A DNA stretch of 64,000 nucleotides from Chiloscyllium plagiosum (Eukaryota), in the NCBI RefSeq assembly GCF_004010195.1, contig NC_057720.1:14945939-15009938 (forward strand), read 5' to 3'. A program made the position numbers and the translations under genes. The notes beneath the pieces were generated by a model. The model was given only the letters and a program-made list of their open reading frames with translations, had not been told where the DNA came from and did no database searches. This document shows positions 10,050-23,924 of this stretch, one piece after another. How positions within the stretch are numbered: position 1 is the stretch's first letter; every line of letters starts with the position of its first letter.

Positions 10050-12219
10050 CCTTACCTTATGTGATATTCATGGTGTAGATGAGAATATGAGGGGGATATT
10101 AAGTGAGTTTTTGATGTCACAAAAATTGTCTGAGTGGTTGACAGTGAGAAGGAGGGCGTTAGGTTATAGGAGCATATAAATAGATGATGCACTTTGGGAG
10201 AAGGAACAAGACAAAAGAGTGCTCAATGAATGGAAAGACATCGGGAAGCTAAGAGGAACAGAGGCATCTTTTGGTGCTTATCCAGTTTCCTAAAGGTGGC
10301 AGGATAGGTTAATTGGACAGTTAAGAAGGCAGACAGGTTGCTGGCCTTAATCAGTCATGGCATAGGTTATAAGAGCAGGGAGGTCATGTTGTAGGTGTAC
10401 AAAACTTTGGTTAGGCCACACAGTGGTACAGTGTGCAGTTCTGGTCACCGCCCTACAGGGAGAATGTGATTGCATTGGAGGGCTGCAAAATGCTGCCTGG
10501 AATGGAACTTTTCATAAGACCATAAGACCATAAGGCATAGAAGTGGAAGTATGGCCATACGGTCCATCTAGTCCACTCCACCATTTAATCATGACTGATA
10601 GGCATTTCAACTCCACTTACTCACACTCTCCCCTTATCCCTTAATTGCTTGCGAGATCAAGAATTTATCAATCTCTGCCTTGAAGAGATTTAACGTCCTG
10701 GCCTCCACTGCACTCTATGGCAATGAATTCCACAGGCCCACCACTCTCTGGCTGAAGAAATGTCTCCTCATTTCTGTTCTAAATTGACCCCCTCTAATTC
10801 TAAGGTATGCCCACAGGTCCTAGTCTCCCAGCCTAATAGAACATGGAACATTACAGCGCAGTACAGGCCCTTCGCCTATTGATGTTACGCTGACCTGTCA
10901 TACCAATCTGAAGCCCATCTAACCGACACTATTCCATGTACGTCCATATGTTTGTCCAATAGCACTTAAATGTACTTTAAGTTGGCGAATCTACTACCGT
11001 TGCAGGCAAAGCATTCCATACCCTACTACTCTCTGAGTAAAGAAACTACCTCTGACATCTGTCCTATATCTATCACCCCTCAATTTAAAGCTATGCCCCC
11101 TCGTGCTCGCCATCACCATACTTGGAAAAAGGCTCTCCCTGTCCAACCTATCTAACCCTCTGATTATCTTATATGTCTGTATTAAGTCACCTCTCAACCT
11201 TCTTCTCTCCAACGAAAACAGCCTCAAGTCCCTCAACCTTTCCTCGTAAGACCTTCCCTCCATACCAGGCAAATCTCCTCTGCACCCTTTCCAAAGCTTC
11301 CACATACTTTTTATAATGCAGTGACCAGAACTGTACATTATACTCCAAGTGTGGCCACACCAGAGTTTTGTACAGCTGAGCATAACCTCATGGTTCCGGG
11401 ACTCGATCCTTTTATTAATAACTATATGTCGTCTTAACAACCCTGTCAACCTAGGTGGCAACTTTCAAGGATCTGTGTACCTGGACACCGAGATCTCTCT
11501 GCTCATCTACACTACCAAGAGCCCTACCATTAGCCCAGTAGTTTGCATTCCGGTTACTCCGACCAAAGTGAATACCTCACACTTGTCTGCATTAAACTCC
11601 ATTTGCCACCTCTCAGCCCAGCTCTGCAGGTTATCTAATGGAAACAAATTCCCAGAGTCCACTCTTTCTAAGCCATGCATTATCTTGTAAGTTTCTATTA
11701 GATCTCCCCTCAACCTTCTAAACTCTAATGTATACAATCCCAGGATCCTCAGCCGTTCATCGTATGTTTGGCCTACCATTCCAGGGATCATCCGTGTGAA
11801 TCTCCGCTGGACACACTCCTTCCTGAGGTTTGGGCCCAAACTTGGACACAGTATTCTAAATGGGACCTAACTAGAGCTTTATAATGTTTCCAAAGCACAT
11901 CACTGCTTTTATATTCCAACCCAAGCATTATATTTGCTTTCTTAACCATAGACTCAACCTGCAAGTCAACCTTTGGAGAATCCAGGACTAGCGCTCCCAG
12001 AACCCTCTGTACTATGGCTTTAGGAATTTTCTCTCTGTTTAGAAAATAGTTCATGCCTGTATTCTTTTTTCCAAAGTGCAAGACTTCACACTTCTTTACG
12101 TTGAATTTCAGCCTGATGATTTTTAGTTAGAAAGAGAGGCTGGAGAAGCTCGATTTATTTTCTTTGGAGCAGAGAAGGCTGAGTGGGGGACCTGATAGAG
12201 GTGTATAGTATTATGAGGG
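10050..12219. mobile_element. Nested cluster of CR1/HER1 LINE 3' fragments on both strands
   Basis: ORFs 10994-11461, 11507-11839, 11788-12081 (LEYCVQ.W, RRLRGDLI, WQMEFNADKC); tails (cataagac)n and agaacatggaacatt. Confidence 0.85.
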
Positions 12220-12262
12220 GCAGGGGAATCGACATTTCGGGCATAAGCCCTTCATCAGGAAT
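12220..12262 (-). ncRNA. Isolated family A hammerhead motif
   Basis: Minus strand attc-CTGATGA-A-GGGC-ttat-GCCC-GAAA-T-GTC-gattc. Confidence 0.7.
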
Positions 12263-13112
12263 CAAACATGTCTACGTAATTGATAACATACGCTCATCAT
12301 TTCCATATTTGCCAGCAATCATCCATTTTGTTACACATGCTGCAAACATTCTGATAAAGAAGCCAGTTCTGTACACTTAACATTTTTCTCTACTCTACTT
12401 ACTGGTCTAGTCTTATGCTTGTACATTCTGTCCTTCCTATCACACCCTGATTTTCATTACGTAAATCATTAACCCGCCCTATTGCCTTCTAAAGTTTTCG
12501 TAACTCTCCAAAGCTCCCATAATGTGAATTCTCCCCCCACCAATAAGTTTAAAGTACTTTGTTACAGCATAAGTTATATGATTTGCCAGAACACTCGTCT
12601 CAGTGCAGTTCCAGTGACACTCATCCTCTCTTTCCCCTGCATGAAGAATGTTGATGAGTTTCACTCGACAGCTGGCTTTGACAGGAACTTCCATGGCATT
12701 TCTCTTGTGGAACTTCAGTATGTGGTGACTATGCCACCTCCACACTTTTGGATGAGAAGCATCAAGCCTTACTTATTGGACACATGACGAAGAATTGGTC
12801 TCAAACAAAACCTCAAAAAGCCCAAATCCTTGACTCAGGTCAAGTTCCAGTCTATTCTTTCATTAGGATCAACAAAGAAATCCAGTCAGAGGGACAACCA
12901 CTCAGAGAAAAAGTCACTCCCATAACTATAATGAAAACATACAGTGAAGAGTCACTGGAAGTAAGGGATCTGAGGTACAGGAGTGAGGGCCAGGAGCTAG
13001 GTTGTGCATGCAGAGTGGGCACTGGCTGCCCAGGGACAGGATGCCAAGCTCAGGGAGTGAAAGGTCAGGGGTTGGGTATTGAAAGTGGAGGGCCAATGTC
13101 CAGGGAAGGGAA

Positions 13113-14390
13113 TTAGGAGTGAGCGATCAAGGTCCAGGAGTGAGAGGTCAACGTCTAGAATTGGATAATTAGGAGTGAGGGGTCAAGGTCTAGAATTGGA
13201 TGATTAGGAGTGAGGAATTGAGGTCCAGGAGTGAGGCGTCGAGATTTAGGATTGGATCATTAGGAATGAGGGATCGAGGTCCAGGAGTGAGGGATCGAGG
13301 TCTAGGATTGGATGATTAGGAGTGAGAGATCGAGCTCCAGGAGTGAAGGATCGAGGTCTAGGATTAGAGGATTAGGACCGAGGGATCGAGGTCCAGGAGT
13401 GAGGGGTCGAGGTCCAGGAGTGAAAGGTCAAGGTCTAGACTTGGATGATTAGGAGTGAGGGGTCAAGGTCTAGAATTGGATGATTAAGAGTGAGGAATTG
13501 AGGTCCAGGAGTGAGGGGTCGAGGTTTAGGATTGGATGATTAGGAATGAGGGATCGAGGTCCAGGAGTGAGGGGTCGAGATCTAGGATTGGATGATTAGG
13601 AGTGAGAGATCGAGCTCCAGGAGTGAAGGAATGAGGTCTAGGATTAGAGGATTAGGACCGAGGGATCGAGGTCCAGGAGTGAGGGGTTGAGGTCTAGGAT
13701 TGGATGATTAGGAGTGAGAGATTGAGCTCCAGGAGTGAGGGTCTGAGGTCTAGAATTGGAGGATTAGGACTGAGGGATCGAGGTCCAGGAGTGAGGGGTC
13801 GAGATCTAGGATTGGATGATTAGGAGTGAGGGGTCAAGGTCAAGGAATGACGGTCAAAGTCTAGAATTGGATGATTAGGAGTGAGGGATTGAGGTCCAGG
13901 AATGAGGGGTCGAGGCCTAGGTTTGGAGGATTAGGAGTGAGAGATCGAGTTCCAGGAGTGAGGGATCGAGGTCTAGGATTGGAGGATTAGGAGTGAGAGA
14001 TCGAGCTCCAGGAGTGAGGGGTTGAGGTCTAGGATTGGAGGATTAGGACCGAGGGATCGAGGTCCAGGAGTGAGGGGTTGAGGTCTAGGATTGGATGATT
14101 AGGAGTGAGAGATCGAGCTCCAAGAGTGAGGGGTTGAGGTCTAGGATTGTAGGATTAGGACTGAGGGATCGAGGTCCAGGAGTGAGGGGTCGAAGTCTAG
14201 GATTGGATAATTAGGAGTGAGGGGTCGAGGTCAAGGAATGACGGTCAAAGTCTAGAATTGGATGATTAGGAATGAGGGATTGAGGTCCAGCAGTGAGGGG
14301 TCAAGGTCTAGGTTTGGAGGATTAGGAGTGAGGGGTGGAGGTCTAGGTTTGGAGGATTAGGAATGAAGGGTTGAGCTCCAGGAATGAGTC
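13113..14390 (+). repeat. G-rich minisatellite with 7/21/35/56-bp hierarchy
   Basis: Alternating aggagtgaggggtcgaggtcc (21 bp) and aggagtgaggggtcgaggtctaggattggatgatt (35 bp). Confidence 0.95.
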
Positions 14391-15234
14391 CAAGATTCAA
14401 GAGTGGCACAAAGTCGAGGTACATAGGCAGGGAGCTGAGAGGAGAAGTGGGAAGTAATCAGTCTGCCCACTGGGATTGGGTTGGTGGTTGACTCATGGAA
14501 GCTGCAAAGGAGCTGGCAGGTGTCTGGAGGAGATGGGAGGCACAAAGCAGGTGAAGGGAAGATAATGAGACTGCAAGTCAATAGGGATGGGGTGGCTGCA
14601 AGGGGTGTAGGGGATTCTGTGTTGAAGATGCATTAGCCATGCCCCCACCAGTCTACAGAAAGTGTGCTTAGGATGATGTCTTTTTGTGTTTATAAAACAA
14701 CTGTGCCAGCTATTGTGAAAGAAAGCTAACCTATAGCCATTGTGCCAATTTAAACATGATAGCATCAAGGATATTAATGCTGACCTTGTGTATTGTGTCT
14801 TTAAGTTTAATGGAGTTAAATATTGAGGATTTTGATGATTTTTTCTAATTCTGTTTCTGTGTATATCCAAATAAATAAAAGTAACATAAATATAGAAGGC
14901 AATGTTACATGTGACCGTATTGCATGGTATTTGTGACAATGGTCAAGTAGCCACTGAAAAGCAATCGGCAATCCTGAGAGTCAAGAGGCAGCTCTCAGCA
15001 GGATGCTGCTGCCTGCTTTGCTGTTTCTCACTCACTCTCTCAGAGCACTGTCTGGCCTGAAAAGGGCCAAAACATCATTTCTATCATCTGTCCCAAAACT
15101 CCTGGGTTCAATGCACGATTGAACTGTAATCTGTCAAGCTACCGATAATGTGATTAGCATAGCTTTTCTTATTGTGTGACTGCAAGCATTGTCAGAGATA
15201 GAAAACCAAATGGCAGTATGGATTTAATGACTGC

Positions 15235-16660
15235 AGGAGACTTATCTATCTTCCCACTTTCCAGAATTGCCAGCATCTCCTCCTTATGAACCTCAATCAC
15301 ATCCTGAGTCTGTATCTTAGTATTCTCCTCGATAACATTGTCTTTTTCTTGTGTGTATACTGATGAAAAATATTCATTTAGCGCCTCTCCTATCCCTTTG
15401 GACTCCATGCACAACTTCCCACAACTGTCCTTGACTGGCCGTAATCTTACTCTAGTCATTCTTTTATTCCTGATATACCTAAAGAAATCTTTAGGGTTTT
15501 CCTTGATCCTACCTGCCAAAAACTTCTCATGTCCCCTCCTGGCTATTTTTAGCTCTCTTTTTAGTTCATTCCTGGCTAACTTGGAACTCTCAAGCGCTCT
15601 AAGTGAGCCTTCATGTCTCATCTTTACATAAGCCTTCTTCCTCTTGACAAGACATTCAATTTCCTTAGTAAACCACAATTCCCTCCCTCGACAACTTCCT
15701 CCCTGCCTGACAGGTTAATACTTATCAAGACCACACAGTAGCTGTTTCTTGAACAAGCTCCACATTTCAATTATGCCTATCCCCTGCAGTTTCCTTCCCC
15801 ATCCTATGCATCTAAATTTTGCCAAATCACAACACAACTGCCTTTCCCCCAGCTGTAACTCATGCCCTGCCGTATATACCTATCTCTCTCCACCACTAAA
15901 GTAAAAACGTAACTGAATTGTGGTCACTATCACCAAAGTGCTCACCTACCTCCAAATCCATTGTAGCCTTGCCTCTTGTTGCCCTATCTACATACTGTGT
16001 CAGGAAGCTCTCCTGCACACATTGGACAAAAACTGACCCATCTAAAGTACTTGAACTATAGTGTTTCCAATCAATATTTGGAAAGTTAAAGTCCCCCATA
16101 ACAACTACCTTGTTACTTTCGCTCCTATACGAAATAATCTTTGCTATTCTTTCCTCTACATATCTGGAACTATTTGGAGGGCTATAGAAAACTCTCAACA
16201 GGGTGACCTCTCCTTTCCTGTTTCTAACCTCAACCCATGCTACCTCAGTAGACGGGTCCTCAAAAGTCCTTTCTGCCACCATAATACTCGACTAACAGTG
16301 CCACACCTTCCCCTCTTTTGCCACCTTCTTTGTTATTACTGAAACATCTAAACCCCAGAACCTGCAACAACCATTCCTTCTCTATCCATGTCTCCAAAAT
16401 GGCCACAACAATGAAGCCCCCTGTTGCAAGTTCACCACCTTATTCCAGATGCTCTTGGCGTTGAAGTAGACACACTTCAAACCACCTTCCTGCTTGCTGG
16501 TACACTCCTGTGACCTTGAAACATTATTCATGACCTCACTACTCTCAACCTCCTGTACACTGGAGCTATAATTAAGGTTCCCATTCCCCTGCTAAATTAG
16601 TCTAAACCTCCCGAAGATCATTGGCAAATGTCTCCCCCAGGATATTGGTACCCCTTTGGG
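15235..16660 (-). mobile_element. CR1/HER1 LINE internal fragment (APE endonuclease and linker)
   Basis: ORFs 15896-16282 (VFYSPPN, VMGDFNFPNIDW, SDHN) and 15169-15678 (KENPKDFFRYI, LNEYFSSV). Confidence 0.9.
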
Positions 16661-18449
16661 TTACATTGCAGCCTTAGCACGGATGTTGAAAATTTCCTTT
16701 CATAAAGTGAGCGTCTAGAAGAGAATTATTACTGGAATGCATAAATTGTAGCAGTGAAGGATCTATTACCCTGTGCTATCAAATAGTCTCAGTAATTCCA
16801 CCTTTATACACATATGAGCATACTTGCAACAGTTTCAGGCAATCTGCTGAAAGATTCATGTTTTTCTTCATTCATGAAATGAAGTAGGAAATTTAAAAAT
16901 ACTTTGTCAATGGCACAACTGATTAAAGGCAAGTCCTGTTCTAAAGGAGAGTCATACTGAACTGTTTCTCTCTTCACAGATGCCATCAGACCTGCTGAGT
17001 CTCTCTAGTGCTCTCGGTTTTTCATATAACAGTGAAGTGCCTGTTCACTCAATCAAAATATAGAAGCATGCATGTGTAATATTTCTAAATGTTTACTGGA
17101 AAAAGTTTTATTTTAATTAATCAGTTTCCAAATTAAGATTTTTAAGAATGCCACCAAATTGCTAAGTGGGAAACAGTTATGGAGTTTCCAAAGTTATTTA
17201 CCACATGAAATCAAAAGGATTAAATGGAACAGTTTATTTTGAGAATTAACTGACCTAATTTCCTATAAGTGGTCATGGGAGTACTTGACACAGTTAGAAG
17301 ACACTGTTACTTGCATTTTAGCAAAATTCAAATATTTTAGTTTGCAGCGGCAGTATTGGACATTCATATTTGGACTTGCTTTGGTTATTTCATGACCGCT
17401 CCATCAACATACATTTGTAAGTTTATGCCATTTGGAATTGAAGTTATTCATGTGGGAATTGATTGCTTTTAGAAAATGTTTTCAGTAGAATAACACTATA
17501 GCACTGTGAGTGGAGCTGGTCCATAACAATCAAAAAGACTGCTTTAAATTAGCTCTCCTATTACAAATGTTTTCTGTCAGTCACACCTACATTTTAAAAA
17601 TATCACTCTCATTCCCAGTTTCAAAAGTAGATTTCTTGAACTCTTCATCCAGAGTGCCTGTGGAATTCTATGCCACAGAACAGAGTCAAGGCCAAATCAT
17701 TAAATGTTTCCAAGAAAGACTCTTAGAGTCATTGAGCTCTACAGCACGGAAACAGATCCTTCAGTCCAACTTGTCCATGCCAACTAGATACCCTAAATTA
17801 ATCCAGCCTGCATTTGGCCCATATCCCTCTAAACCCTTCCTATTCATGTACCCATCCAGATGGCTTTTAAATGCTGTAATTGTACCAGCCTCCATCACTT
17901 CCTCTGGCAACTCATTCTATACATGCACCAAGGAGCACAAGGTATGGAAGAGAAAGTGTAAACAGGGTACTGAGATGGATGATCAACCATGATCATATTG
18001 AATGGGAAAGCAGGCTTGAAGGGCCAAATGGCCAACTCCTGCTGTTTTTTCTAAATTTCTGCAAAGAGGTTCCTACCTCTTGCCCCGTTGCAGTTTTTAA
18101 ACCTTTTCATGGTGTCCATCATATGCAATGCTCTCTCACCCTCTGAATTTTGCTTCATAGAATCTTTTTTTGTGTAAGTTGAAATGCATAACCTGCACTG
18201 TGTCCTGAAATTTTGTGGAACCTTTCGGTATAACTATGCTGCAAGGATGATGTTGGATTGTTTCTCCCTCCTATCAAAGCAGTTTCAGTGTAAATTTCAG
18301 TGTCAGGACACATACATTACAACTGAGATGCATCAGCCAAAACCCTTCGCTTTGCTCAGAGCTCCACTCCTTGACCTGCAACAAAAAGGTCTTGGGAATT
18401 TCCTAACTTCACTCCAGGGAAACCAGTTACAATACGCTTAAGCACCAGC

Positions 18450-18812
18450 TCGGGAAATGATGATGTAGTGGTATTATCACTGAGCTATTAATCCAGAGAC
18501 CTAGATAACATCCTGGACACCCCAGTTTGAATCCTGTCACCATAGGTGGTGTAATTTGAATTCAATTAAACAATACATCTGGAATTAAGAGTCTAATGAT
18601 GATCATGTAACTGTTGTTAATTGTTGGAAAAATCTATCTGGTTCACTAATGTCCTTTCTGGAAGGAAACTACCATTCTTACCTGGTCTGGCCTACGTGTG
18701 ACTCGAGACCAACAGCAATGTGGTTGACTCTTAAACTGCCTTCTGGGAAATTAGAGATGGGAAATAATTGCTGGCCTAGCCAATGATGCCCTCATCCCAT
18801 AAATGAATTTAA
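18450..18812 (+). mobile_element. Second tRNA-derived SINE family, hybrid copy
   Basis: Matches 22885-23182 and then 24219-24285; core ctggttcactaatgtcctt. Confidence 0.8.
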
Positions 18813-18839
18813 AAAACACGGATGTTTCTAGAGCCATGG

Positions 18840-19865
18840 ATGTGTTTCAAGGACAGTACGTTCCCTTTTTGGTGCCAGGGTAAAGGACCTTCTGAAGTTG
18901 CAGAACATTATTCTGAGGGAGGGTGATCAGCAACTGATCCACCTTGCTACCAGTTACTTAGTGGAAAATGAGGATGAGGACCTGAAAGCATTTTCAGGGA
19001 GCTAGGTAGGAGATTAAAAAGCAGCTCCTTGAAAGCAGGAGATCAGGATTACTCCCAGTCCCACACACCGTTGAGCATAACAACAGGGGAATTGAGAGAA
19101 TTGATGTGTGACTGGAAGACTGGAAAACTGGAGGCTGCCACATATTCTGAGGCATTGATCCTGGCAAAGGTGGGAACTGTGCAAGCCAAGTGGTTTACAT
19201 CTGAACAGGATAAGGATAAATAATCTTGCAGGGAAATTTGTATGTGCTTTCGGGGACAGTATCAGGGGAGGTGGGAACTGGAAGGCAGTTCAGAGCAGGG
19301 AATGGGATATAGAAACTCAGAAACAAGTGACTCTGAAAGACAGATGGAGCAGATGTTAAAAAAAGAACAGAAATTTGGCAGCACTAAAAGGTGTCTATGT
19401 AAATTCAAACTCCAGGAGAATAGTGAATGAGACTGATGTGCTGAGGGGACAGATAGATAATTGGCAATGTAATACCATTGCTATAAAGTAAAATTAGCTT
19501 AAAGCAGAGCAAGGACAGTAGCTCAGCATTCCTGACTATAAAGATTTCAGGCAGGATAGAGAAAAGAATAAAAAAAGAAACAGATCAGGGATAGCTTTAT
19601 TGGTGAAAGAATCAATCAAAGCTGTGAGGAAGGATGGTAAACTAATTGAAATATCAAATGAGGCCATATGGATTGAATACAGAAACAAAAAATGAACAGA
19701 CACCCTGCTCAGACTACTGATCCCCAAATAGTGGGACAGAGTTATAGGGGCAACGTTCTGAGTGCAAAGTGAATAGTTGAGGATTTCAACTACCCAAAAG
19801 TCAACTAGGATCCAAATAGTGGAAATAGTACAGAGGATGTAAAATCCTTGATATGCATTCAAGAG
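18840..19865 (+). mobile_element. Old CR1 ORF1(esterase-like)/ORF2 remnant; also present at 24310-25625
   Basis: Degenerate PGARVKD..LQNIL..EG.Q-like codons, then endonuclease-like IPDYKDFRQDR. Confidence 0.55.
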
Positions 19866-20996
19866 AACTTTTTTTTAGGACTGGAACACTTGCTGACTTT
19901 TCATTATTTTTGTTTTTGTTCTTTATCAATTTTGGTTTGGAGCTATGAACTAGGAATTGTGACCTGAAAATAACTTGTGGACCTTGGGACAGCTTGTGAA
20001 AAAAGGAAATGAACAACAAGCTTTGGTTCATTTCTGAGGCCAAGCCTGGAGGCTAATTGTAGATTGAGTCTAGATCAAAAGGGTTCCTACTCGGGCAGAG
20101 TTTTATGTTTCAACAGATAGCAGAAGTTGATGAGGTCAGTTTCTGGGAATTGGTTCCAGCAAGTCTGGAAGAGCCCCAATGTTCAAGCAGATGGCTGATG
20201 ATGAATGGTAATTGAAGGCGTTGGGTCTCTGAGGGTGGAACCAGAGTTGAATTGTGTTTGAACTGTGTTTTCTGAGGGAGGTGAACTTGACCGATGACAA
20301 CATAGCATGAAGATTTGTAAGCTCNNNNNNNNNNNNNNNNNNNNNNNNNNNNNNNNNNNNNNNNNNNNNNNNNNNNNNNNNNNNNNNNNNNNNNNNNNNN
20401 NNNNNNNNNNNNNNNNNNNNNNNNNNNNNNNNNNNNNNNNNNNNNNNNNNNNNNNNNNNNNNNNNNNNNNNNNNNNNNNNNNNNNNNNNNNNNNNNNNNN
20501 NNNNNNNNNNNNNNNNNNNNNNNNNNNNNNNNNNNNNNNNNNNNNNNNNNNNNNNNNNNNNNNNNNNNNNNNNNNNNNNNNNNNNNNNNNNNNNNNNNNN
20601 NNNNNNNNNNNNNNNNNNNNNNNNNNNNNNNNNNNNNNNNNNNNNNNNNNNNNNNNNNNNNNNNNNNNNNNNNNNNNNNNNNNNNNNNNNNNNNNNNNNN
20701 NNNNNNNNNNNNNNNNNNNNNNNNNNNNNNNNNNNNNNNNNNNNNNNNNNNNNNNNNNNNNNNNNNNNNNNNNNNNNNNNNNNNNNNNNNNNNNNNNNNN
20801 NNNNNNNNNNNNNNNNNNNNNNNNNNNNNNNNNNNNNNNNNNNNNNNNNNNNNNNNNNNNNNNNNNNNNNNNNNNNNNNNNNNNNNNNNNNNNNNNNNNN
20901 NNNNNNNNNNNNNNNNNNNNNNNNNNNNNNNNNNNNNNNNNNNNNNNNNNNNNNNNNNNNNNNNNNNNNNNNNNNNNNNNNNNNNNNNNTTTAAGT

Positions 20997-21617
20997 TGTG
21001 CCCAGAATACCAGAAACCAATGGCATTTGGTTTGATTGTTTTGACACCTTGAAACTGATTATAAGAGTTTTTTGAGTCGTGGGTGTTATTTAAACCCGGT
21101 ATTTTGAAAGTATGAGGGAGAGCAACTGCCATCGAATAGCGAGCAACTGCTGCTGAGCCCGAGAGCTAAATGGCCATCTCGCATCTTCCTCTCAAAGAAA
21201 TTAGAAAACAATTTCAACCAAAGTACCTTTTCATGTACTACCTTCTCACATTAAAAAAAAAGAAACAAGACGGTCCAGCGAGATCAGCAGACAGAGGATT
21301 GAATTCAGAGGAACCTGTTTGGTCTTGAGATTAAGTTAATGCAATGCTTAAAAAAGTGTCCAGTTTAATAATTGGAACAGTGTACTTTTGTGGAGTTGGC
21401 GTCAGATACTAAGTAGGTAAAAGAAGGGGACTTGGATTTGTGAACATTTGTTGTTTCGTGTTCACTATTAGAGTTCAGAAAATAATTAAAATTTTCTTAA
21501 TGTATTGGAATTTTAGAGTTCTCTGTCCCTATTACTTTAACAGATTACAGAGTGAACCAAGACTCTCTGGGTGTTTGGTTTAATTAACAGAGAGGTTCGA
21601 CCTCTGCACCGTAATCA
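20997..21617 (+). mobile_element. Possible solo LTR between two N gaps
   Basis: Begins tgtg, ends cgtaatca, LTR-like composition; no TSD confirmed. Confidence 0.3.
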
Positions 21618-22884
21618 ATGGCAGGAAATTTCTGATGAGACTGCAATGGATCAGCAACCCAAAGAAACTGGAAGCTTGATGCTGAAAAATAGAGGCCAGC
21701 CATTTGTTTGGTGAGTGGGTTCTAATAATATCATGTAATCACCTGCCACGATTTCTCACTTCAAAACAGCTCATAGATAGCTATTTGGGACATTAGTATA
21801 GGGTTGGTTGACATGGAATATTTACAGATTAACTAGTCTGTTTAACTGTATCAGTACCCGCTGAAGAAATTGATTTTTGATGGACACTTAGAGGGTTCCA
21901 AGCTGATAGGACTTACCCAGTAGGAAATNNNNNNNNNNNNNNNNNNNNNNNNNNNNNNNNNNNNNNNNNNNNNNNNNNNNNNNNNNNNNNNNNNNNNNNN
22001 NNNNNNNNNNNNNNNNNNNNNNNNNNNNNNNNNNNNNNNNNNNNNNNNNNNNNNNNNNNNNNNNNNNNNNNNNNNNNNNNNNNNNNNNNNNNNNNNNNNN
22101 NNNNNNNNNNNNNNNNNNNNNNNNNNNNNNNNNNNNNNNNNNNNNNNNNNNNNNNNNNNNNNNNNNNNNNNNNNNNNNNNNNNNNNNNNNNNNNNNNNNN
22201 NNNNNNNNNNNNNNNNNNNNNNNNNNNNNNNNNNNNNNNNNNNNNNNNNNNNNNNNNNNNNNNNNNNNNNNNNNNNNNNNNNNNNNNNNNNNNNNNNNNN
22301 NNNAAATGCTGTAATTGTACCAGCCTCCATCACTTCCTCTGGCAACTCATTCTATACATGCACCAAGGAGCACAAGGTATGGAAGAGAAAGTGTGAACAG
22401 GGTACTGAGATGGATAATCAACCATGATCATATTTAATGGGAAAGCAGGCTTGAAGGGCCAAATGGCCAACTCCTGCTGTTTTTTCTAAATTTCTGCAAA
22501 GAGGTTCCTACCTCTTGCCCCGTTGCAGTTTTTAAACCTTTTCATGGTGTCCATCATATGCAATGCTCTCTCACCCTCTGAATTTTGCTTCATAGAATCT
22601 TTTTTTGTGTAAGTTGAAATGCATAACCTGCACTGTGTCCTGAAATTTTGTGGAACCTTTCGGTATAACTATGCTGCAAGGATGATGTTGGATTGTTTCT
22701 CCCTCCTATCAAAGCAGTTTCAGTGTAAATTTCAGTGTCAGGACACATACATTACAACTGAGATGCATCAGCCAAAACCCTTCGCTTTGCTCAGAGCTCC
22801 ACTCCTTGACCTGCAACAAAAAGGTCTTGGGAATTTCCTAACTTCACTCCAGGGAAACCAGTTACAATACGCTTAAGCACCAGC

Positions 22885-23250
22885 TCGGGAAATGATGATG
22901 TAGTGGTATTATCACTGAGCTATTAATCCAGAGACCTAGATAACATCCTGGACACCCCAGTTTGAATCCTGTCACCATAGGTGGTGTAATTTGAATTCAA
23001 TTAAACAATACATCTGGAATTAAGAGTCTAATGATGATCATGTAACTGTTGTTAATTGTTGGAAAAATCTACCTGGTTCACTAATGTCCTTTCTGGAAGG
23101 AAACTACCATTCTTACCTGGTCTGGCCTACATGTGACTCGAGACCAACAGCAATGTGGTTGACTCTTAAACTGCCTTCTGGGCAATTAGGGATGGGCAAT
23201 AAATGCTGGCCCAGTCAGTGATGCCCTCATTCTGTGAATGAATAAAGAAA
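22885..23250 (+). mobile_element. Second tRNA-derived SINE family
   Basis: Same family as 23925-24285; tail gggcaattagggatgggcaataaatgctggcc. Confidence 0.75.
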
Positions 23251-23924
23251 AAAATTTAAGCCTAACATAACACAAAGTCACTTGATTCTGGCTTACCTGA
23301 GATTTTTGGAGTTAAAATACAGTTGATTTTATTGAAAGTTTCCCACTAACAGCAGTATTTTAATGCATCAAAGGCCAGTTTTTTTCCACCGAGAAAGTCA
23401 TGCATGCAGAGACAATAGTGGTAGCCAGTCCCTGTGGGCAGAATGGTGGGTTTTCATTAAGAAGCTGCTGTGTATGTGAAGGTGGTGACCTGTCTCCCAG
23501 AGATGCTTTGTATTACTTACCATTGGGAAGATCGCCATAGCTTCTAGAACAACAGAAAAAAATATCAACAGTGCCACTACAGCAGAGTCATGAGTTCATT
23601 GCTTGTTGAGTTCCAAATTGAACATCAGCTGAAGCCACTGGTGTGTATCCATGAGGCAGAGGAATTTTCTAGTTAGCACATTTTGGGAAGTAGTCACACG
23701 GCAAGTTAGAAGTGTTTTGACGTTGAGGGAATGGGTAGTGCAGAAGTCCCCTATGTCTGGCTTGTTTGCTAATTAGTATTCCATTTTGGATACTGATGAG
23801 ACCAATGATTCATTGGAGAGTGAAGCCAGCACCAAGCTGGCTCAGCTGCGTAATAGGGGAGGAAGAAGATTGAAAGAGAAATAGGAATAATGGATTTCAT
23901 AATCAGGGGATCAGACGCCTTAAG

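Larger units (their letters stand above)
17869..20324 (+). repeat. Duplicated segment, copy 1
   Basis: Near-identical to 22304-26091 (offsets 4435, then 5471); ends at an N gap. Confidence 0.95.

Noticed and set aside
13113..14390. Immunoglobulin switch region (GAGCT/GGGGT motifs)
   Set aside because: No Ig exons nearby, AGCT is sparse and the periodicity is 7-based
20110..22345. Long ORFs of 340, 242 and 164 aa
   Set aside because: Artefacts of translating through N gaps
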